The notes beneath the pieces are model-generated. The model was not told the DNA's origin and did not search any database. It was given only the letters and a program-made list of their open reading frames with translations. Of a stretch of 64,000 bases of DNA, positions 1-15,438 are shown piece after piece (within the stretch, counting starts at the first letter, position 1; each line of letters opens with the position of its first letter). The position numbers were made by a program, and so were the translations under genes. The stretch is from Kondoa subrosea (lineage: Eukaryota): NCBI GenBank assembly GCA_039545335.1, contig BCIN01000001.1, forward strand, positions 1,534,604 to 1,598,603. The letters are read 5' to 3'.

Positions 1-972
1 GCGAGAACTTACTTCTTGGAATACGGAATCGAACACATAAACCGATTGGAAAAGTACGACGAGAGCCATAGAGTCCGTGATGCGACCTGTGAGCAAAGCA
101 AAGCACTAGTAAGCTCGCGAGAGCTATTACAGAGTCACCAGCTCACCTATATCAGTGTATTGCTTTGCAGCCATTGCGATATCGATAATGAACCATAGGA
201 TCATGCCAGGACGAAGCTCATTGAAGGATTTTATATCGAACGAGCCAATTCGAGGGTTCAGTTCGCGACCAATGAACCACTACTTATTGACATGAGCTAA
301 TTTTATGATCAATCGCGCAAAGATTTACGTTATAGAAGTGATTCTTCGTATCTCCTCCTTCTGCTAGCATCTTTCTATTGCCATAGCTCGCGAAATGTAC
401 ATAGCAGGCCTATTTTGAGCGTCAGATGTGCAGACGATGTTGAGCTGCTTTAATTTACCTGTATAATCGAATTGAGCAGACTGGCAGTAACAAGTCCAGT
501 CCAATGATCATAAACGAAAGTGAGAGGTTTGATGCCGAAAGCAGCTGTTCCGCCGATCAAGAGTAGAACAGTAAGAACGAAAGTTGGAAAGGCTTCAAAG
601 CAGAAGTTAGCTCTACGAAGGTCGATGGATTGATGAGGATGGAAGCTCACCATTGAGCTTGTACTTGAGTTGCTTTCCATCCCTTAATTTGACACCTTCG
701 ATCCATTTACCAGGCAAGATGAACCAGCAAACGACACAGAACAGATACCACAGAGCATAGACTATAGCTGCTTCTGTATCCCACAGTGAAGCCCAACCAG
801 CTGCCGTACTGTATTTCTGCAAGCCTTCACCAAAAAACTCGTTCAAAGGTCTTGGTGTGCATCCAGCTTCTGAGCAGCCCAAGGCAAAGAAATAGGAGAA
901 GTAGGCGACTGCGAGAGAGATTGCTAGAGTTCCTGTTGGTCCAAAGAACTCGTACTCGTGCGAGGAGCCCAT
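1..972 (-). CDS. ERG24: C-14 sterol reductase (ERG4/ERG24 family), 3' end runs off window
   Basis: Spliced translation contains [28 protein letters not shown] and [33 protein letters not shown] is typical of Erg24/LBR-type enzymes. ATG at 972. Confidence 0.88.
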
Positions 973-1125
973 TTGACTGGACGACACGCGAAAAGGTTGG
1001 CAAAATGATCAAGTATGTAATAATGTTAAAATCGTCCATCGCGCATGCCTATGTACCTATATAGTAATGTACAGGTGTATTTACAGATCAACACGATCTC
1101 TTTTGCCTCAATCCATATATTCCGA

Positions 1126-2037
1126 TCAACTCAAAGTGCTTTCATCGGTAGTTGCTGCACTTGGGCGGCGAAGAGATATAGCGTCGCTGACCAAAGGCTG
1201 AGAGAGTGACTTCCTGATGATTGTAGGCCTGTTGATTCTTCTGTCGAACGAATTCACCCGGGCCAATTCTGCTTCCTCTTTCTCTTGCAGTTGTTTCCTA
1301 TAAGTGCTCAACTTCATGAATGACAATTTCCTCGGCCTCATCTTAGGTTGCGAGTCTTTGTTGAAGTGCGAGGATGAAACAGGTGAAGGTGGGGCAGATT
1401 TGACAGCAGAGGGATATAAAGGGTTGCCTGAAAACATTTCCTTTGTCTCTTCTTCTTCTGCCAACACTTCTTCTTCTGTTGTTGTTGGTAAAGGTTTGTT
1501 GATTTGCATAGTGAGCAAGTAGCAGGAAATAGCTTCCTGCAATAAATTATGTCGATACCCAGCGGAAGGTGTTCGAGCCAGTGGTTCAAATTCTTCTTCT
1601 TCAATGGGTTTCGAAACAGAAGATTGTCTGCTGTGAGAAGAGGTAGCAGGAGTGGAATAGGTCGCTTCGCTTGCAATAGAGGAAGAAGCCAAGGAAGAAT
1701 CCGAAAAGGATTGTCTGACTCTTCCGAAAGTACTAGAGATTATAGATGGTCGGCGACGAAGCGATGCGCTCCTTCTGTGGGCGAACATCGTTCCTGTTTC
1801 ACTTTGATCATCTTCTGCACTTGCTATTGCGAAGTCTTGTGCAGTTGGACAAGAAAAGCTTCTTGAATGACCTGGACTAGCGTGAGCTCTAGTTGAGTGA
1901 CATTGATCAAGGGAGGACAGACCACCATTGAAGTGAGTTTTGGGAGGTAGACTGGGAGGGATTTCGAACGAGAATGATAGATCAGGCGAAGTTGGTTCTT
2001 CTAAACTTCTGAGCCAAGATTCGTTGGTGCTGGCCAT
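1126..2037 (-). CDS. Hypothetical Ser/Pro-rich, probably disordered protein (single exon)
   Basis: Uninterrupted ORF of about 300 codons with many RRxS motifs. No recognisable domain. Confidence 0.6.
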   Translation of the reverse strand: MASTNESWLRSLEEPTSPDLSFSFEIPPSLPPKTHFNGGLSSLDQCHSTRAHASPGHSRSFSCPTAQDFAIASAEDDQSETGTMFAHRRSASLRRRPSIISSTFGRVRQSFSDSSLASSSIASEATYSTPATSSHSRQSSVSKPIEEEEFEPLARTPSAGYRHNLLQEAISCYLLTMQINKPLPTTTEEEVLAEEEETKEMFSGNPLYPSAVKSAPPSPVSSSHFNKDSQPKMRPRKLSFMKLSTYRKQLQEKEEAELARVNSFDRRINRPTIIRKSLSQPLVSDAISLRRPSAATTDESTLS

Positions 2038-2801
2038 TTGCAATTGTTCAGTCGTGGTATACGGAAGAGATCTGCGCCGGGTCCGCGGCGACTACTTGAA
2101 CGGCTAGGTCAGCCATGACTCTGGATGGGTCCATGATGAAAATTGGCCTCGGCTTACCTAGCAGAGGTTCCTAGTGTAATCCAGGAGATACTAAATCAAT
2201 AGAGTTGGTGCAGGCCAGTCGTCTGTCACATTGCATGCAGCATTTCATGCGCATTACCGTAGTCAAAAACTTAGCTTGCAGATCAATGTCTCGCCCTGAT
2301 TTCAGCGAGAATGTGCGCGTCGGAAGAACAGTGCGCGACTTAAGTGATCATCGTCTGGGAAAAAGGCAGAGGATCCTGCGGATGGTTGTGCTCCATGAGG
2401 TCAAGAAAAGCATCATCTGAAACACGGAAGAAGATTCGCTGAAACCGCTGTCTCTTTACAGCTCTCGTTCTGCTGAATATCTCCTCGGTCTTCCAGGCAT
2501 TTACAAGCACCAAGTTCTGTCCTACATTATGTTCACAAGCGCAAATCACCTTTCCCCAAAGACTCAGTCTGACCGCTAGTACAATGCGACCCTTCTCTGC
2601 GGTTCTATCATCATTCCCGGGCCGCTTTCTCGAACGAAGACTCCTGGCAGACCAAGAGCTGGACGAACTTTGTCCAATTTGAGAAAGGAGAAGGGAATTT
2701 GGAAAAGAGAGATTGACTTCGAACAGGCTGATGTTCGCTATTATAGAGGACTTCACTAGCTTGATTTGATGGCGGTGTTGGGGTATCGATCAGAAATCAT
2801 T

Positions 2802-7006
<4,205 letters not shown>

Positions 7007-7134
7007 GGGCTATTCTTGACTGCTACAGGTTGACCTAATACTTTCGAAAGCTGTTCTGTACTGCTCCCTTATCTCTCCTTATCTCTTGCTATCTCTCTAC
7101 TCACTTGCATCTGTTCCAAATTCCGAGCTCTTCC

Positions 7135-8051
7135 ATGCGCAGTTTCTTCCTTCTAGCAGCAGGTCTGCCTATATTTTGGGCTATTCTCACTTCTCGGAGG
7201 CTACTCGACCTGCTCGACGACTTTCATACGAAGCTCCATCAACCTTCAGTGACCAATGAAGGGACGATTGCAACCGCCCCTCGCGCTGAAGTTTTGACAT
7301 ACACGTTGCGGGCCAAATGTGAGGCTGTTTGCAATCTTCCTCTCTTCTCGCAATGAAAGTTATGTTAGCGTCTCCCACTAGCGCAATTCGCTTGGCTGGT
7401 CTCTCGCTCGAATCCAACATCAAAGCTGGCGCGGCTTCTTCTGTCAATCTCAGCTTTATCAATACCATACCTATAGATGTAAGTCTCTGCAAGTCTTGTG
7501 CTCATTAGAGCTGAAGGAGTCCTCTTCAGGATGACATAGAAGTTTCAACTAAGGTTCGGATAGGCAAGATTGCTGTTTTTGAACAACCGTACTCCCTCTG
7601 TCTACTCCTGTACGTCATTCGCACTGCGGAAAACAGCTGCCTCGCTGACTCCTCTCTTAGGCAAGAACATAGTGATTTACGATGTCCTCTTCCGGAGGGA
7701 CAACATAAGCTGTCTTTCAGCTTACTTCTGCCCAGAGACACAATACCAAAAGGTCAGTAGATCTGTTCTTGTGCACGTAGTAAATTGACCTCTGACTTGT
7801 TAAAAGCGAGGTACAACGTTGAAGTCAATATTGAGACATCATCAGACCATCAAAGCTTGCTGGCATTCACGGTAGACGCCAATTTCCTTTATCCCGGCAC
7901 TTGGCTAGAAAGCTTCGAGAACTGGTCTGTGAGAATACGGAAAAGGCAAACTCAAATACTCTTTGCGCCGTTGGAGAGATGGAACACATGGAGAGAAGGG
8001 ATGCTAAGCAGGAGAAGAAGGAAACTAGAGCAAAAATATAGATCAAGCTAG
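7135..8051 (+). CDS. Hypothetical protein with hydrophobic N-terminus, multi-exon
   Basis: Starts MRSFFLLAAGLPIFWAIL, followed by plus-strand ORF pieces at 7570-7788 and 7785-8051. Exon structure is uncertain. Confidence 0.4.
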
Positions 8052-8155
8052 GATCTGATGAGTTGGTGATGGACAATGTCGATGCTTTGATATAAGAGTA
8101 CAATCGTTCTTGTTGTGCAATCCCAATGTAATTTCACAATAGCACCTGTGTCAGG

Positions 8156-9136
8156 CTATACTTGAAGTGAGATTCAGCGGGACAGGTACATGCGAGAAGA
8201 ACTAACCGAATCTTCCACCATCTATGACAGACAGAAATAAACGGATAGACTCGCTGATTTTGAAGGAGTCCCGACATACCTACTCTGTACGCTGATCCTG
8301 TGCAAAATGAAGACTTGGCAGACAATAGCTGTCCCTTGTGTTAGCCAATATTGGCAGAGTAAGTGGACAAGGACTGACGAAAGAAGCCATGTCAGCAATC
8401 TCAGATGCTAGACCCCATCGTCTCTGAGAAACAAGCCAATCTGGCAGTTCTTCATCAACGCTTGACATGAGCTGTATGAAGGTCTTAGCCTTTATCAATC
8501 TGAATCTACAGATTCACGAACTGCAGCAGTCATGTTTGTAGCAATGCCTCCGGGCGCTATGCAATTTACGCGAATGTTGACTTTCGGATCTCCGTTTTCT
8601 TTCGCCAGACATTTCGTCAGCGTATCGACAGCTCCTTTACTTGCTGAGTAGACTGGACAAGCAGGAACTGGGTGTTGTACCATGAAAGAAGTAGTATTGA
8701 TAATGGAGTAACCGCTCTTGGGTGGATTGCCTTGTTTTCGCATTTGCTTGATACATGCTGCGTTGAGGTGTATCGTACCAAATAGATTGACGCCAATTAC
8801 TTTCTGCATATCTTCCAAAGATTGCTCGTGTAGAGGCTTCACTTCCCCTAATATTCCTGCCATATGTGCCAAACCATACAGAGGACCAAGCTTCTCCACT
8901 GATTCATCTACCATTTGATGAACAGCTGCTGAATCTGAGATATCACAAGCTCTTGCAAAGACTTTGCCCTTTCCTTCGCTAGCTTCGAGCTCTTTAGCAA
9001 CTGCGTCCAGCTTGTCCTGAAATAAGTCGACTAGAGCGACAGAGTAACCTTCAGAATGGAGTTGCTTCGCTACTGCATTGCCCATGCCGCTTGCAGCTCC
9101 AGTCACGACCACTAGATTGCGTTCGGTTGAGGCCAT
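8156..9136 (-). CDS. Classical short-chain dehydrogenase/reductase
   Basis: TGAASGMG Rossmann motif, catalytic YSASK, IRVNCIAPG and terminal exons TGSAYRV-DGG. Confidence 0.9.
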
Positions 9137-9505
9137 ATTGATGATTCGGGCAAAACGATGAAACGAAAGCAAAATCAGTCAATCGCGCCTGACGTTTTAG
9201 GACTCGAGTCAGAATAGGAGTGCTAAGGAGACAGACGACACGGAAAACAGCAATTAGGGAAAAGGTGAATAAACAAAAGGCAGAAGTGTTGAAGCAAGAA
9301 CGTCCGAGAGGGAGGGATGCGAAGCACAATAGCAAGGAATTATTGGCAGGCGTCTGGCGAGTATGGCCAGTACGCGCAGTACAAGCTCAAAAGTACAGCA
9401 TTGCGGTTCGTTACGAACGTCCAAACGAAATTTCGCAAGCAGACAATTGAGCTGCTTTCAAGGCGTGCGCTGTGCTAGAAGGGTTGCGTGGTCGATGCAG
9501 GAGAA

Positions 9506-10966
9506 ATGATCAAGCGAGAGCATTACAAGATCAAAGCAAGGCAACAGCCGTCTCATTTTCCATTTGGAGCTCTGCCTGTCGAGCTGCAGCTTTGTGTGAT
9601 CGTTCATTATGGGCTAGACTTGCTAGAGGAGTATATAGGCAAGCCAAGACACCTTCTACACGGCCAGGCAATGCTGAGACTCTTGTCGAAAGCCAACAAT
9701 TCACCAGAAGAGTATTTGATCGTTCCCAGGCGTTACAATGCGGTCCTACTCCCATCTTTAATCGTCAGTAAAGTCTTCTACAAGGCACTGTGGCCCCTTG
9801 TCTACACGCAAGTAAACCTATTCGGTTGGAAGCAGATGCAGAAGTTCGATACTCTGTTGAAGATCAGCCCACACTTGCTGCAATCTACAAAAGAGCTCTA
9901 TGTGGAATTTGAGCTTGAAGATATGGGTGAACAGCAAGTAATCGATCTAGTGACGGCTATCATTGGTCAAATGCATGTCGTAGACCGAATATGCATTGCT
10001 GTTTCCGCGAGCAAGCAAGATGGTCAGCCATCACCCGTTGTCGAGTATATGGCGGGATTAAAAACGCTACTCTCCAACGCAAGCGTGCCCTTCGAAATCT
10101 ATCACCATGGATTCCAACGGCTATACAAAGACGTATTATCTACAGAGCCGCCTTGCAGGACCACAGAGTATCTCACCATTCTCCACCCTTTTGCAAAATC
10201 CACCCAATCGGAAAGCTGTGTGTACCTGAACAATCGGTATTACAAGATCTTGGACGATTTTGTGGATTTGAATCTACTGCCGGTATTGTCAGATATTAAG
10301 CATGTCAGGATCATCGATCAACTGCCTGCAGATAGAGCTGCGGCCAAGTATCTAATCACCCTGGCGCCGCAACTTTTGTTCATTGATCATTACCTCTATT
10401 CAGATTACGACGATAACATACCCCTTGTCCTATATACAGCACTTTTTCCACTCTGCTCAAGCCTTCGGTGCCTCAGGATCGACTTATATCCCCAGATGTG
10501 GGATTCTGCGAAAGTCCTTTCGTTTTGGCTTCTTTTGCCGCCAAGTCTTGTTACCTTACATCATGCTCGAGTAGATCATCCGTCGCTTTTTGAGACGTTC
10601 ATTTCCCTACTGTCCAATGGCAACAAGGAGGAAATCAGAATTTTACCGAACTTGAAGACTCTCATTTGCGATCTGACCGAAGATTACTGGGAAGAAAATT
10701 TTTATCAAGAGTGCGATGACCTAAGAGCATGGGATGGTGTTGATGATTGGGGAAACCAGAGAGAGCTACCCGACGATTGGGATGAGGGCGACGCAAATGA
10801 CAGATATTTCGAGCAACTGAATCAACAAGCGCATGAAGAATTGGATGAGTATATCAGAGTATTGGTGCGCTATGACATCAAGTGCACAGGCAAGAATCAT
10901 GCATATGCGCTCGCTCGAGAGATTGACGTGTGTTCTCATTTCCTTCAACCGGTCTCGCTCGTCTGA
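9506..10966 (+). CDS. F-box-like / LRR-like hypothetical protein (paralogue 1)
   Basis: Long ORF with the F-box-like start FPFGALPVELQLCVI…LIVSKVFY, LRR-like LxxLxI segments and an acidic C-terminus. Confidence 0.65.
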   Translation: MIKREHYKIKARQQPSHFPFGALPVELQLCVIVHYGLDLLEEYIGKPRHLLHGQAMLRLLSKANNSPEEYLIVPRRYNAVLLPSLIVSKVFYKALWPLVYTQVNLFGWKQMQKFDTLLKISPHLLQSTKELYVEFELEDMGEQQVIDLVTAIIGQMHVVDRICIAVSASKQDGQPSPVVEYMAGLKTLLSNASVPFEIYHHGFQRLYKDVLSTEPPCRTTEYLTILHPFAKSTQSESCVYLNNRYYKILDDFVDLNLLPVLSDIKHVRIIDQLPADRAAAKYLITLAPQLLFIDHYLYSDYDDNIPLVLYTALFPLCSSLRCLRIDLYPQMWDSAKVLSFWLLLPPSLVTLHHARVDHPSLFETFISLLSNGNKEEIRILPNLKTLICDLTEDYWEENFYQECDDLRAWDGVDDWGNQRELPDDWDEGDANDRYFEQLNQQAHEELDEYIRVLVRYDIKCTGKNHAYALAREIDVCSHFLQPVSLV

Positions 10967-11266
10967 ATTCAGGCAAGCAGAAAGAGACACAACGATCACT
11001 TATCACGGATTATTTTCAGCCGTGCCGTGCAGCTGAAAAGTAGTATCTCACTCTCAAGAGTATCGTTTGCTACAATAGTATTCTCCTTCTGTCAGAGGGA
11101 TCGGTCGAATGTAGACTATTGTTGTCTGCTCCCTTCTAAGCGTCGGTGTGCTGTAGTGTACATTAAACGCGTTTCTGTAGAATTGCATATTGCGCTTACT
11201 AATCGGTCACCTCAATCTCCTGCGGTGAACTAATTGTCTGCTTGTCCCATCACGGCCATTATCAGT

Positions 11267-12812
11267 ATGGACAAGTACATACAGAGGACAATCAAATTGG
11301 ACAGCAACGCGAGGCGCTGTAAGCGCAAAGTTGACAATGCAACGCGAAAACAAGATCAAGCGAAGCCCTTCCCTCAGTTTGCCCTTTTACCAATGGAATT
11401 GCAGATGCTGGTTGCTAGAGAGTGGGCGCAATGCATGCGTGCTGATCTGACTGGTACGTAGCCTGAATAATCCGAACAATCGTTTGACATTCAAACTACA
11501 GACAATGAAGATCCAGCACCATTCTCCATTGTGCCCTTTGGATACAATCGTATTATTCTGAACTCTCTGACGGTCTGCAAGACGTTCTACTCTGCTCTTC
11601 TTCCCCTTCTTTACACTCGCATCTCCTTATACCATTGGCGCAAAATACGCAGCTTCCACCGACACGTCTTGGATGGGAGACCTTCGCTTCTCCGACACTG
11701 TAGCGAGCTTCTGCTGTACTTCGATCTGGAAACAATTTCGACAAATGATCTGCAAAAGGTCATTACCCGCTCGCACTCGTTCGCGAAGCACATGGATCGC
11801 GTGGTCATAGCCATCACTGAGGAGTATTGCTGCAGTGAAGATAATCTCCGACGTATCTTGCAGCATTTCGCAAAAAGTCTCACAAAGCAGAATATACCCT
11901 TCCAGCTATTCTATCTTGATGAACTAGCTCTGCACCAACCCTCAAATTCTTATGGGCTACTTCAAAGTGCAATTCAATGCAACAGCAGTAGTACTCTTAC
12001 GATCTTATCACCGGACGTCTCTATGGATCCAGGCAGCGAGTTTCACAGCTGCTTCTGCGAAGACACATATATCGGGGACTTGCCTGATGATGCAATCTTC
12101 GCAAAAACCGCTCTGGTCAAACACGTCCAATACCTCACTATCTTCAGGCAGAATTGGCATTCCAAGATGTTTCCCCCGTTTGTTATCGCTTTAGCACCTC
12201 AACTCCTCTCTTTTCAATACCATGATACAACAGAGTGCGATGATACACCAGATCCAGCAGCAAGAGCATTACCGGCTCTTATCGAAATCCTGCCGCTATT
12301 CAACAAGCTCAGATCACTCAAGCTGAATTTACATTTCGTTCGCGATTTGAGGGAAGCTCGGCTTATATGGCATTCCTTCCCTCAATCTCTTCAACAATCA
12401 ATCTCAGAGTCTCAGATATCTGTGTCTTGTGGGCTCTAATCAATATATTGGGGCACAGAGGAAATAATTCCCGAACAACTTTCCTTCCTCATTTCAGACA
12501 TTTTGTCTGCCACTTGGACGAAGAATTTTGGAACTACTCTCGCGATGACCATATTTTCCAAAAAAAATGGAACCATGAGCAATGTGCTTCACCTGGTCAT
12601 TGCGAATTAAATGCAAGTTCTTGTCGAGAAGTCGAAAAGGACTTTTTCGACGTTATGCTCGGTACTTTGGCTTATTACAAAATCAAGTGCACGGGAGATA
12701 GACACGAAGGCAACGTGAATGTCAGTCTATCTACATGTATTCTTCAAAATCGCGCTGACCTTTGTTTGCTCAGCGTCCATTAATCACGAATTACTTCCCA
12801 ATCAAGGGATGA
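11267..12812 (+). pseudogene. F-box-like paralogue 2 with an apparent 1-nt frameshift near 12390 (pseudogene or sequence error)
   Basis: FPQFALLPMELQMLV…LTVCKTFYSALLPLLYTRISL aligns with paralogue 1. Homology switches frame after FPQSL and resumes at LPHFRHFVCHLDEEFW…IKCTG. Confidence 0.55.
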
Positions 12813-13489
12813 TCTATATCGATACACACTTCCAGAAGCTAGGTCGAGGAAGGCTGGTGTCGCGACGCATTAAGAGTATTTCAGCTTGGATCTGACTCTG
12901 CGTCGTTAGTCTGCTCCTTTTCCCGCAGCTGAGTCCAAGAGCTGACTAGCATCTACAGTTCTACCTATTCTTGCCAGACAGGCAACTCAAGGGCGGATGT
13001 GTGAACCCGAAGGGAAGCAGTGTCAAAAGGTCGTCTCGTCTCATCAGACATTGCTCAGGCAAGAGAACGCAGGAAAACGAGCGCATAACTGGTGTGCGTA
13101 GATGCAAGCAAGACTAAATCTGAGCTAGCGCTACTAATTGCCTCCGACCGCATTGAAGATTCAGTCCACTATGAAGCCTTTCTTGCTACCGCACGAATAC
13201 CTGATATGATTTCGACTGGCCATATACCCTACGCACGCAGATAGATTACAATTATCTAATACTCATCTACGCATAATCGAAATGCAGGCTTTCGCTGTCT
13301 GAACTCACAAAATCTTCTACCAAGGCTTCAGCTGAATTGCGCGAAACATACACGGCAGTACGCAGACCAACGTATTTGCACAGCATGTGACTGTTCTGGA
13401 AGGGAAAGCAAGCAGACTGGCGCTTCGTTCCGCTTGTCCGATCTGCATCGCACCCATAGTGACCTCACGAATATCTCTTGCTTTTTACC

Positions 13490-13586
13490 ATCGTGATTGA
13501 CTGGAGTCCATCTGCCGTGTTATATCGCATACACCAATCGTGATTGACTGGAGTCCATCTGCCGTGTTATATCGCATACACCAATC
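13490..13586. repeat. Perfect 47-bp tandem duplication just upstream of the esterase ATG
   Basis: ATCGTGATTGACTGGAGTCCATCTGCCGTGTTATATCGCATACACCA occurs at 13490-13536 and 13537-13583. Confidence 0.97.
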
Positions 13587-13589
13587 ACC

Positions 13590-15297
13590 ATGAGCAGCTC
13601 TCATCTCTTCACGCATCCAGCACTTGGTCAGATCAAGGGACGAGTGCTATCAAAAGATCTGATCCAGTACTGCAGTCTTCCATACGCGTCTATCTCACAG
13701 CGCTTCGCTCGATCTACACTTCTCTCGCGTCTACCTTCTAATCCATTCGATGCTACCAAGATTGGTCCGACAAGCATACAGCCGTTTGACGCAGTCAAGA
13801 TCGATTGCAAAGGCAATCAATTCCCTTCTGAAGGACTGGAAGAAGAGGATCAAGCTGAAGATTGCTTGTCTCTTAATGTCTTTGCGCCAAGAAATGTCAA
13901 ATCAAGTGATAAGCTTCCAGTTGCCGTTTTCATACATGGCGGAGCATTCTTTTTGGGCAGCGGGACCAGGCCTTACTATTATCCTCAAACTTTCTGCGAG
14001 CGAGCAAGAGCACGAAAGTCGCCTTTGATTCTCGTCACCATCAATTATCGACTGGGCGCATTGGGTTTCTTTCATTCGCCGGAAGCAGCAGATTTGATAC
14101 CTGCAAATAATGGCTTACATGGTGGGCATCACATCGCGATATCTTGAATCTTGAGCTTTAGCTCAATGTTGGACAGATCAACTACGAGCTCTCGAATGGA
14201 TCAGAGAAAACATCAATGGTTTCGGCGGGGACAAGGACAATGTAACGCTCATGGGTCAATCCGCAGGAGGCGAATCCGTGTCTCTTCATACCTACTCTCA
14301 AAGCAAAATATCGCTCTACAAGCGGGCGATTGCATTTTCTGGAAGTCCAGTCACCATGCCCAGCAAAACATCTGAAGAACATCAAGAGAATTTCATCGAA
14401 CAAGCAAAGAAGTTGGAGATCAGCGTAAAAGGGAGTTCGAGCAAGGAAATAGCGGAAGAAATGATCAAAATCAATATTGGCAAGATTCGAGATCTTTCTT
14501 TCGTAGGCGCACCTTGCAGTTCGAGTGAAATCCTGCCTTATGAAAAACCAAACATGGCCAATGTACTGAACGGCACATTACAAGCACCCAATTGGCTCGA
14601 ATCAATGATTGTTTGCTCATGCACCTTTGACGGAAGCATTTCATATTTACTCACATTGCAAGATGAATCGAAGAAAGATCACGCAAAGACGTTCCGCCAT
14701 GTGGTCAATGCCGTTCTCCAAAACCCACAGGAATTACTGGACATCTATGACATGAAAGAAACGGACGATGACCTGAATGCATTGCAGAAGATCTGTCAAT
14801 TCGAATCCGATATTGGTTTCTTTGCTGGAGCCTACAGTATGGCTGAAGCTCTCCCAGATAAGACGTACTTCCAACTCTTTGATCTGGGCAATCCTTTTGA
14901 TGGTCCGCTACAAAAAGATAGGTTTGCAAGTCATACATGGGACATTGTAGCTCTCTTAGGTATGTCTCGATTCTTTTCGCTGTAGTCTTTGGCTTATATC
15001 GGTGGTCAAGGTGCCTTTGAAGACAAGCTTCGCCCAGAATTAGTCAAGAGCATTCAATTTTGGCGAGACAAGATTATCGATTACATAGTCAGCGGTCAAG
15101 CACCTGTAGCGAAGTTCGCAGACGAAGGGAGAGCTTTGCTGGTTGCTCAGGATAGAGTTGCCGTTATAAGCAAGAAGGAGTACATGCAAGGTCGTCGGGA
15201 GAGATTGTTTGCCTTGGCCGAGAAAGAAGCTGGATCAAATGGAAGGGATCTACTTTGGGAAGGTGTATGTCGTCGCTGGCTTATGGCAGGCAAATGA
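13590..15297 (+). CDS. Type-B carboxylesterase (alpha/beta hydrolase), no signal peptide
   Basis: EDCLSLNV, FIHGGAF, INYRLGALGF, nucleophile motif GQSAG and His motif SHTWD. Two introns. Confidence 0.92.
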
Positions 15298-15438
15298 AAG
15301 CACGACTTCTTCACACGTTTCGCGAACGCGTTTCATGAGAAAATTTGTTTGTTGCTCTTTACCAATAACTGCATTGTCTGGTATACCTGCTGCGAATTTA
15401 GACATATCCTGTCTCTTGCTTGATATACCTTTTGGAAT

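Noticed and set aside
2205..2760. Short ORFs between SAC3 and the Ser-rich gene
   Set aside because: No ATG-led coherent exon chain. This is probably UTR or promoter sequence.
13030..13050. Hammerhead ribozyme (CTGATGAG on the minus strand)
   Set aside because: No stem II followed by GAAA.
13490..13586. CRISPR-like array
   Set aside because: Two adjacent copies with no spacer, in a eukaryotic context.
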